Assembly: GCA_031412775.1 (NCBI GenBank) | Contig: JANODQ010000741.1 | Location: 1 to 39,318, forward strand | From: Pirellulaceae bacterium | GTDB taxonomy: Bacteria; Planctomycetota; Planctomycetia; Pirellulales; Pirellulaceae | Reading direction: 5' to 3' | Length of the DNA stretch: 39,318 nucleotides | In this document: in pieces, positions 17,404 through 24,994 of the stretch | How positions within the stretch are numbered: the stretch's first letter is position 1 | Layout: every line of letters starts with the position of its first letter | Notes under the pieces: model-generated | Database searches by the model: none | The model's input: only the letters and a program-made list of their open reading frames with translations | Told to the model about the DNA's origin: nothing | Position numbers and translations under genes: made by a program

Positions 17404-17592
17404 TTAAGAGGCGGGAGTGCCCGAAATTTGTCCAGCGACCGATGTGAAGGTACTGGATGCATTGGTACCAACCGAACGTACTGCACTCAAGCAGATAACG
17501 ATGATCAGCGACAACATAACTGCGTACTCAACCGCTGTTGGTCCGTCTTCTGACTTTAGAAAACGTTTTACTTTCGACGCGAAATTTTTCAT
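17404..17592 (-). CDS. flp: Flp-family type IVb pilin (prepilin with the G/xxxxEY processing motif)
   Basis: MKNFASKVKRFLKSEDGPTAVEYAVMLSLIIVICLSAVRSVGTNASSTFTSVAGQISGTPAS. GGAGG lies 5 nt upstream of the ATG at 17592. The G-PTAVEY motif followed by a hydrophobic helix is the Flp signature. Confidence 0.85.
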   Translation of the reverse strand: MKNFASKVKRFLKSEDGPTAVEYAVMLSLIIVICLSAVRSVGTNASSTFTSVAGQISGTPAS

Positions 17593-18000
17593 AGCTTCCT
17601 CCGAATCATCGAACACCCCGGCATTCGAGGTTATTCGAAACATTAGTTGGTGCCCGACGCGTCGGCTATTTTGCGATGATACATCGCCATGTACCATTCA
17701 ACCAACTCGAGGGCTGTCTTAGCCTCCCTTTACAGAGGCAACAATCCGAACGCGAATCGTTACTGAAACATAGGACACGCTTTATGCAAATCAAAACTTT
17801 CTTCATCGGTAAATCCCACGCTGTCGCTATATTTTCCGCGTGATCCGGCAATACAATCGTTACAAACAAACCACGCCAATCAAAAACGTGATCGATGACT
17901 CAAAAAAGTAGATAAGCATTTGGAAAAGTCTCAAGTTTGCAAAATTGAAAGCATTTAATCAGCAAAAACAAAAGCAATTAGCCGCAACCTACTGGGGCCT

Positions 18001-18810
18001 ATGAATACAAAATCAAAAAACATCAGCGCCTGGGACCGCATGGCTCGCGCTGGCCACATTCTCGCGACTCCAGCGACCGACGAAGAACTAAAGAACCCGC
18101 TGCGGGTCGTTGACGAAATAGGTTGGCTGGGCGGAAACATCCAAGGCTGGCGAGTCCTTTGTCTGGCCGCTGGTGGAGGCCGTCACGCACCGCTTTACTG
18201 CGCTGCAGGTGCTGTAGTAACCGTTGTTGACCTCAGCTCTGGAATGCTCGAAATCGATCGTGAAGTCGCAATGCAACGAAAGATGGATATCCGGCTGATC
18301 GAATGCGATATGTGTGACCTGAGTTCGCTTCAGAACGAGGAGTTTGACTTGGTCGTTCATCCGGTCAGCACTTGCTACGTCGATCGCCCCTCTGCTGTAT
18401 TTTATGAAGTAGCCAGAGTTCTTGGACCGGGCGGCTTATACATCTCACAGCATAAGCAGCCGATGAATCTCCAGGCTTCACTCCTACTTGATGGAGGAAA
18501 CTACGTCATCGAGCGACCCGCAGCAAGCGGCAGCATCGCCGCATCGGCCACACAACCAAGTCGATTACGCGAACCCGGAACCAACGAGATCATCCATTCA
18601 CTGCAATCGATACTCGGCGGTATTTGTCGCGCTGGTTTTGTGATCGAAGATCTCGTCGAACCTCACCACGCGAAACCAGATCAGCCGCCCGGTTCATTCG
18701 GTCATCGCTGCTCGTACATCCCGCCCTACATTCGAATCAAAAGCCGGCGACTCCAACACACGGTGAACGACTCATCCGCAAATAAATCCAAAATCTGGTT
18801 GGGTAATTAG
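18001..18810 (+). CDS. Class I SAM-dependent methyltransferase
   Basis: Motif I is VLCLAAGGGRH. Motif II/III context is VVTVVDLS...ECDMCDL...FDLVVH, and the later motif is LGPGGLY. Confidence 0.8.
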   Translation: MNTKSKNISAWDRMARAGHILATPATDEELKNPLRVVDEIGWLGGNIQGWRVLCLAAGGGRHAPLYCAAGAVVTVVDLSSGMLEIDREVAMQRKMDIRLIECDMCDLSSLQNEEFDLVVHPVSTCYVDRPSAVFYEVARVLGPGGLYISQHKQPMNLQASLLLDGGNYVIERPAASGSIAASATQPSRLREPGTNEIIHSLQSILGGICRAGFVIEDLVEPHHAKPDQPPGSFGHRCSYIPPYIRIKSRRLQHTVNDSSANKSKIWLGN

Positions 18811-18873
18811 TTAGTTCAACGCACGAACCGATTAATCCGATTAACCTAGACGTCTTGCTTGAGGCAAATGCAA

Positions 18874-19818
18874 CTAATTGTCTTCATCATCGAAATCGGG
18901 ATGAAGCGGATCATCGGGGTCTAAGAAAAAGTCACCGAGCCCCTGTGGGAGCCCCTCGTTTTGTAGTGATCGCTTGCGGCGCTCATAGGCCGATTGCAGG
19001 TCCAAGGCGTCATCTCCCAAGCACGCCTCGAGAGCTTCTCGCCAAAGCGCATCTTTTGAGACCGGGTGCGTCGAGTCCTGCGACATTCGCTTCATCGCAT
19101 ATCGCAGTAACTGAATTCCATCGCGAGCCGAATAGTCTAGCTTTAAAGTGTGCGATTGCTGAAGAAAATCAACGGTGAGCGTTAGCATCTCATCGGCGGC
19201 GAAAGGCAAGTGATACTGGAGTATTGAAAGCTCGTCTTGTCGGTTAGGGAATCCAACGGCGAGCGTCGGTTGAAGACGACTAAGGATGTAGTCAGGAATT
19301 TCGTAAGTTGAATCATCCTGATTCATCGTCACAGAACATCGAAAATCCCGATGAGCTGAAATCGTTACCCCAGCCACAATCGACTCGACATAACGACGAT
19401 GATCTAGCAACGGAGCCAACGAAGCCCACGACTTCTCGTTCATCCGATTCCCCTCGTCCAGGATGCAAACTCCACCGCGAATCATGGCGGTCACCATTGG
19501 GGAGGCATGATAGGCAATCTTTCCGTCGCTTCCGAGGATTGGCGTAATCAACAAATCCTCGGGACGAGTGTCTGCTGTGCATTGGTAGATGTAAAGCTCT
19601 TGATTGCGAGCCTTGGCGGCGGCCATCGCAAGAGCCGTTTTCCCGATACCCGGCGGACCTACCAATCGCGGAGCAAGCGGCAAATCTTTTTCATCAACTA
19701 CTAACCAACAAGCGGCCAGTTGCCGAAGAACTTCCATCTGCCCAATCCACTGTGATTCATTTTGGATTGGGTTCCCCAGCGAAACGGTAACACCATCGAT
19801 CGTGATCTTTTCTTGCAT
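18874..19818 (-). CDS. AAA+ ATPase of the AAA_5 (MoxR / CbbQ-NorQ-like) type with an acidic C-terminal tail
   Basis: Walker A is [10 protein letters not shown] and Walker B is VCILDEGNR. Sensor context is RCSVTMNQ. The C-terminus is [16 protein letters not shown] place the start at the ATG at 19818; the track ORF starts at a GTG at 19917. Confidence 0.8.
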   Translation of the reverse strand: MQEKITIDGVTVSLGNPIQNESQWIGQMEVLRQLAACWLVVDEKDLPLAPRLVGPPGIGKTALAMAAAKARNQELYIYQCTADTRPEDLLITPILGSDGKIAYHASPMVTAMIRGGVCILDEGNRMNEKSWASLAPLLDHRRYVESIVAGVTISAHRDFRCSVTMNQDDSTYEIPDYILSRLQPTLAVGFPNRQDELSILQYHLPFAADEMLTLTVDFLQQSHTLKLDYSARDGIQLLRYAMKRMSQDSTHPVSKDALWREALEACLGDDALDLQSAYERRKRSLQNEGLPQGLGDFFLDPDDPLHPDFDDEDN

Positions 19819-20118
19819 CTTTACCCAGTTTGAATCGACGTAATTTGAATAAACATAAACATAGCGAGTTTCGAGAATTGTATCACAAATGATTGTTTGC
19901 AAAGTCGCGAAGCCCACGTATCCGATTCTCTCCGTAGGCTCTTAAATTGCGTCTTATTTTTCATTCCTGACTAATCGCCAACACCTAACAGAATTTCTTA
20001 TTCGTAACTCCTCCCTTTTCGTACTCGTGCTCAGCCATCGGCAGTGCTCGTGCTCGATTATACAAGTACGAGTACCATTTCATTGAGTACGACTAAAAGC
20101 ACAAAATCCTACGTGAAT

Positions 20119-20994
20119 TTACGAATTGTAAAGTCGTTTCGCGACATCCATGTTCACAACGTCCCACGAGATGCCTTCATCGTTTGTCCCTTTTTCTGTT
20201 TCTAAGATCATAGGTAGCGACCGAAACGCAGGATGATTAATAAAACGCGAGATTCCGTCGAGCGTCAGGTGCCCCAACCCAAGATGTTCATGACGATCCA
20301 CTCGACTACCGGCAGGCTTTTTGCTGTCGTTAAGATGAATGGCAGCAACTCTAGTAAGCAGCGAATCGACGCTCAGCTCATCAATCAATCGGTCGAGCCC
20401 GCTGTCGCTTGTAAGATCGTATCCAGCCGCATGACTGTGGCAACTATCAATGCAAATGCCAAGCGATTCGGAAGCTTCCGCGCGGCGAAAAATCTCGGTC
20501 AAATCAGCGATCTGCCAACCAAGAGCGTTTCCTTGGCCAGCCGTGTTCTCTAGCAGAAGTTTCACCTTGCTTTGAGGTTCGTTGGATGAAACTGTTTTGA
20601 AAATCGCATCGATCCCCTTGGCAATTCGATCCAGCCCCGCTTCACGGTCACCATCGGTAGCAGAACCTGGATGCATAACGACACCCGCCAAGTTCAAATA
20701 ACTTGCCCGTTGGATCTCGTCGACCATGGAATCAACCGACTTTTGCCATAACTCGGACTTTGGCGAAGCGAGATTGATTAAATAGGAAGCGTGCGAGATC
20801 GGTTGGGCGAGTTCGATCTTAACCGCAGCAGACAAAAATGAACTTCGATCGGCTTCGGAGATCGGTTTTCCAGCCCACTGGTTATTATTTTTCGTAAATA
20901 TCTGTAGAGCTTTCATACCCAGCTCTCCCGCTTCGTCTGCCGCGCGATGGCAACCACCAGCGATCGATAAATGTGAACCTATGAGTATCGACAT
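20119..20994 (-). CDS. nfo: Endonuclease IV (AP endonuclease family 2)
   Basis: Motifs: IGSHLSIAGG, HASYLINLASP, VMHPGS, LLENTAGQGN, ICIDSCHSHAAGYD, IHLNDSKKPAGSRVDRHEHLGLG. I place the start at the ATG at 20994. Confidence 0.9.
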   Translation of the reverse strand: MSILIGSHLSIAGGCHRAADEAGELGMKALQIFTKNNNQWAGKPISEADRSSFLSAAVKIELAQPISHASYLINLASPKSELWQKSVDSMVDEIQRASYLNLAGVVMHPGSATDGDREAGLDRIAKGIDAIFKTVSSNEPQSKVKLLLENTAGQGNALGWQIADLTEIFRRAEASESLGICIDSCHSHAAGYDLTSDSGLDRLIDELSVDSLLTRVAAIHLNDSKKPAGSRVDRHEHLGLGHLTLDGISRFINHPAFRSLPMILETEKGTNDEGISWDVVNMDVAKRLYNS

Positions 20995-21202
20995 GTGTCC
21001 GGATGTAAGGTCAAAAGGTAGAAACCGCGACAAAACGCAATTCTACCCAAGGTCGACCGTAGCAGAAGCCGTAAGAATTCTGCCGATTTCAAGGTTTATA
21101 TGGTAGAGGTCTTACGACTTTTACTTCGAAATATCCTTTCCCATTTGGTGCGACATGAGACTTTCGAATTGTCCCCATTTGGCTTACGGACTACGATAGA
21201 AT

Positions 21203-22657
21203 ATGCCTTCGCAGGTAACCCTAAGAATCCCTCCCGGAAAGGAAACCCCCATCCCCGTGCAAACCCATGATCGAGCCCAAAGTGCGGCCGGCGAACTGTG
21301 CGTCTTAGCAAGAATGCTTTCTTCACGAGACGCTTCCCCCGAAAACCCGCTTGAGGAGTTGAGCGGATTGGCTGAAACGGCAGGAGCTGTTGTTGTTGGA
21401 ACTGTTGTCCAGCGGCGTGAGCATCCTGACCAGACAACCTATCTCGGGAAAGGAAAGATTGCCGAGCTCAAAGGTATGGTCGATTTGCATGATCTAGATA
21501 TGGTGATTTTCGATAACGATCTTTCACCCGCTCAGACACGTAATCTTGAGCAAGCTCTCAACGTCAAGGTGCTCGACCGGAGCGAGTTAATCCTGGATAT
21601 CTTTGCCAACAATGCCCGTACCTACGAATCGAGGTTGGCAGTCGAACTCGCACAGCTTGAGTACTCGCTTCCACGGCTGAAACGTATGTGGACACACCTT
21701 TCACGCCAAACGATGGGTGTTGGGATGCGTGGTCCCGGTGAAAAGCAACTCGAAGTCGACAGACGATTGGCTGAGAAAAGAATTCACGAACTCAAAGCGG
21801 ACATCGCAAAGATCCTCAAACGCAAGGAGCGGGAAGTCGCTCAGCGGGAATCGATGTCGGTCTCTTTGGTCGGGTATACCAACTCGGGCAAAAGCACCTT
21901 GATGAACGCGTTGACCAACGCCGATGTGGAAGCCGTGGATAAGTTGTTTGCCACACTTGATACGCGAACACGACGTTGGATGTTGCCAGGCTGGGGGCCA
22001 ATCTTGCTCAGCGATACCGTCGGTTTCATTCGAGACCTTCCTCACCGTTTGATCGCTTCGTTCCGTGCAACCTTAGAAGAGGCTCGACAAGCGGACCTCC
22101 TGATGCACATTGCCGATGCAAGCAACGAAGCCGTATTGGATCAAATCTCGTCTGTCTACAAAGTGCTACGCGACCTGGACATCGACGAAAAAGATACGCT
22201 ACTGATCCTCAATAAAATTGATCGTCCCGGTGCAGCCGAACGCGTCAAAGTGGTTCAAGTTCGTTATCCAAACGCTATTCCTATCAGCGCGTTCACCCGA
22301 GAAGGCTTCAGCATGATGTCGCTGGCCGTGTCGTCTGCACTGACTCATGATTTTGTTGAGCTGGAGGTAAGACTTCCGCCGTCGGATGGAAAAACTGCCG
22401 CTTGGTTGTCCTCCGTCAGCGAAGTTCTTTCCAAGCAATACGATGACGATCACGTCTTTGTTCGTAGTCGCATTCCTTCGTCGCACGCAGGTAGATTGGT
22501 CTCGATGGGCTACGACGTGCGAATCATCAGTGGAAAGCTGCCTCAACGAGCGATCGAATTAAATACGCCAACCATCGCAACATTCAAACCAGTTGCAAAC
22601 ACTGCTAATGAAGAACCAGCAATCGAAATCCCGCAAAACAAAGCCGCGGGATTTTAA
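21203..22657 (+). CDS. hflX: GTPase HflX
   Basis: The HflX N-domain is LDRSELILDIFANNARTYESRLAVELAQLEY...GPGEKQLE.DRR. G1 is GYTNSGKSTL, G3 is DTVGF and G4 is NKID. Confidence 0.9.
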   Translation: MPSQVTLRIPPGKETPIPVQTHDRAQSAAGELCVLARMLSSRDASPENPLEELSGLAETAGAVVVGTVVQRREHPDQTTYLGKGKIAELKGMVDLHDLDMVIFDNDLSPAQTRNLEQALNVKVLDRSELILDIFANNARTYESRLAVELAQLEYSLPRLKRMWTHLSRQTMGVGMRGPGEKQLEVDRRLAEKRIHELKADIAKILKRKEREVAQRESMSVSLVGYTNSGKSTLMNALTNADVEAVDKLFATLDTRTRRWMLPGWGPILLSDTVGFIRDLPHRLIASFRATLEEARQADLLMHIADASNEAVLDQISSVYKVLRDLDIDEKDTLLILNKIDRPGAAERVKVVQVRYPNAIPISAFTREGFSMMSLAVSSALTHDFVELEVRLPPSDGKTAAWLSSVSEVLSKQYDDDHVFVRSRIPSSHAGRLVSMGYDVRIISGKLPQRAIELNTPTIATFKPVANTANEEPAIEIPQNKAAGF

Positions 22658-22884
22658 ATGCAAACGGTGAGCAAGTAGGCAAGTCTCTTCGCAGGCTTGC
22701 ATCTCAAAATCGACACGGCTATGTCCTCGGTTGATTGAGTTGCAATTCGCGATCATTTAGCAATCAAATTCGCGCGAACTGATTTGTGCATGTCCCCGTT
22801 CGCGACCCTGTTCGTCTACCTCACTAGCCGCTTTGGTTTATAATGGAAACGTCAAATGCCATTCACAAAATCAGGACAAGAATC

Positions 22885-23115
22885 ATGAGTGCTTTCGACC
22901 GAATAACGATTAATCCAAGCCAAATGAATGGTCAACCATGCATTCGAGGGATGCGATTGACCGTTCGTCGCGTACTTGAAGCACTTGCCCTCTACCCTGA
23001 TCGTATTCAGTTGGTTAAAGAATATCCTAAACTAGAAGATGAGGACATACGACAGGCATTGGGATACGCTGCGGCACAACTAGACGACAAAGTCTTGGAA
23101 CTCCACGGCGTGTAA
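22885..23115 (+). CDS. DUF433-family small protein (putative antitoxin)
   Basis: ITINPSQMNGQPCIRGMRLTVRRVLEAL...YPKLEDEDIRQALGYAA matches my recollection of the DUF433 consensus. It ends 1 nt into the next ORF (TAATG). Confidence 0.75.
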   Translation: MSAFDRITINPSQMNGQPCIRGMRLTVRRVLEALALYPDRIQLVKEYPKLEDEDIRQALGYAAAQLDDKVLELHGV

Positions 23116-23426
23116 TGAAATATTTACTAGATCAAGGCCTTGCTCGCTCGACAGTCGATTATCTCCGTGAGATCGGAATCGAATCAGAACATGTTGGCAA
23201 TGTTGGCAATCTTGGCATGGCGGCAGCTAGCGATCTCGACATCTTGGAAGAAGGTCGTAAGCGTGGTTGGGTGGTGGTGACGCTCGATGCGGACTTCCAT
23301 GCGTTGATGGCACTATCAGAAGCATCTCTTCCATCGGTGATCAGAATACGGATCGAGGGGATGAAAGGCGATAAAGTGGCAAGCATCATCAGCCGTGTTC
23401 ATGAAGCGGCGGCAATAGATTTATAA
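23115..23426 (+). CDS. DUF5615 / PIN-like (Mut7-C-like) putative toxin
   Basis: MKYLLDQGL...SDLDILEEGRKRGWVVVTLDADFHAL matches the DUF5615 pattern that usually partners DUF433. The TAATG start/stop overlap with the upstream gene fits a type II TA layout. Confidence 0.75.
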   Translation: MKYLLDQGLARSTVDYLREIGIESEHVGNVGNLGMAAASDLDILEEGRKRGWVVVTLDADFHALMALSEASLPSVIRIRIEGMKGDKVASIISRVHEAAAIDL

Positions 23427-23802
23427 GAAGGCTCAGCAGGCACCGTAACCGAACGACGAATCGCGATTCGTAGATTTCCTCTGAGTTCCAAGTAGCTCTG
23501 AAGGCGGCTGCTTAAAGAAAAAAACATTTGCATTGTGCTTCATGCTTCGATGAAGGCTTGGGCAGCAGAAGAAACAAGGGAAATAAACGACATGCATTGT
23601 ATTATTGTTCTGTTCGATGGTTATTGCGAAGCACAAGTAGACCTGACGGACATGCCGAAGAGATCACGTTGACTGGCAATAGGAACCAATGGGTGCCAAC
23701 CACCTATTATTGTTCCCGTTGATACCCGATCAAGGCAGATTTCCAATCCCCTGCCTTTGTTGGATAGTCCTGAGTAAGCGGCCTTTCAACAGAAATCTAT
23801 AC

Positions 23803-24807
23803 CTAAAAATCCGCCATTGATAACTTACCCACCGTTTTCTTGTCGAAAAATTTTGGGTTGACTTCCTTATCGACTTTCCACTTGATCTTTGCACTCAACT
23901 CATACTCAAAACCTTTTGCATACTGGTCAGCCACGACAAGCAATCGAGAAGGTAGCAAAAGACTGTTATTTATTTTCGACCATTCAACAGCCGCAAAGCC
24001 TTGCGATTTCACTTTTCTCCGTTCAAGAAACGGACCGTTAGTGATTCCGTTTTGAAAATAGATAGGGACCTCATCTTTGAAATAAACAAACGTATTTAAA
24101 CGATAGCTCGGTTCATAGACGTGCTCCCAGTACGCGCTGGTGAAATTACCTTCTTCAAAGATCCCCAGCAGTGCGTCCTTCGTGTAGGCAGTATGGAAAG
24201 CTGGTAGCCCAATTACAGTCTCTTTCCCCGCGATGTTATTCAAACCAATGTGCTCCGGCAAGAACACTCCCATTGAGCAACAAACGCGAAACGGATCCAG
24301 ACTCCTTTTCGCGCGGGAATCGATTTCATTCCCCTCGTCATTCCCTCCGTCATTGAAAAATGTTTCGTCCTTGGCTCTGAGGAAATCGAGTGCCGCAGAA
24401 CGGCGTGGTCCCATTAAACCCCGAGTCTTTGCCGTCGGCTCCAGCGATTGCAATTCAGTCTGAATCGGATCTTCCATTGCGAATAGAACACGGATCTTAC
24501 TCTCTTCTCGCGACTCAGCAACGATGAAAGAGTTAACCGAGAATCGCTCCGTAGGCATCTTGCCGGCATTATTATGAACTCGGATCGTGTCCACACTCAT
24601 TGCGTAGGGATCTTTTAAATGAGGGAATAACTCCCAATTCGAAACCCATTCGTAAATCGCTTTTTTTTCCTTTATTGTCGGTGTTTGAAATGAACTATAA
24701 ATCGGCAACTCGCGTCTTCCAAGATTGTCCGCGAAAACATTCATTGAAAGAAATACACCGCAATAGCAAAACAAGATTCCCGTAAAAATCGACACATAAG
24801 TATGCAT
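23803..24807 (-). CDS. Hypothetical secreted protein encoded by an AT-rich gene
   Basis: It is a 334-codon open frame with an N-terminal signal-like segment (IFTGILFCYCGVFLSMNVFA/DN). I recognise no family. Hand counts on sampled lines give about 38-42% GC. Confidence 0.6.
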   Translation of the reverse strand: MHTYVSIFTGILFCYCGVFLSMNVFADNLGRRELPIYSSFQTPTIKEKKAIYEWVSNWELFPHLKDPYAMSVDTIRVHNNAGKMPTERFSVNSFIVAESREESKIRVLFAMEDPIQTELQSLEPTAKTRGLMGPRRSAALDFLRAKDETFFNDGGNDEGNEIDSRAKRSLDPFRVCCSMGVFLPEHIGLNNIAGKETVIGLPAFHTAYTKDALLGIFEEGNFTSAYWEHVYEPSYRLNTFVYFKDEVPIYFQNGITNGPFLERRKVKSQGFAAVEWSKINNSLLLPSRLLVVADQYAKGFEYELSAKIKWKVDKEVNPKFFDKKTVGKLSMADF

Positions 24808-24994
24808 GTAGATGCCTATTCAATAAAGATTGTTTTGTCAATGAACCAATAGGTGCCACCCAACTATTGGTAATCGCACGATTCGCGTACGAGCACGATT
24901 CTGGATAAAATTGAATACAAAACCAGGTGGCGTTCGGAGAGAAACCTCCAAAAACGTTGGCTTTAGGTGTCTTCGGAGAGACACCGCTACGTGG

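Larger units (their letters stand above)
17175..17592 (-). repeat. Tandem gene duplication (period 229 nt) of the flp pilin gene
   Basis: The two 189-nt ORFs align codon for codon with 46 of 62 residues identical. The last 15 residues, FTSVAGQISGTPAS plus the preceding context, are nearly identical. Confidence 0.85.

Noticed and set aside
17654-17665. A perfect 12-bp palindrome, ccgacgcgtcgg, about 60-70 nt upstream of flp1. It is a possible operator.
   Set aside because: Roughly ten 12-bp perfect palindromes are expected by chance in a window this size. There is no second half-site or other supporting context.
20018-20093. A cluster of short repeats in the nfo / AAA ATPase intergenic region. 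gtactcgtgctc and gtgctcgtgctc lie 23 nt apart, with inverted partners acgagtac and gagtacga.
   Set aside because: Each match is only 8-12 nt and individually expected by chance. There is no U-tract for a terminator and no clear operator symmetry. It is noted only as a possible weak regulatory site.
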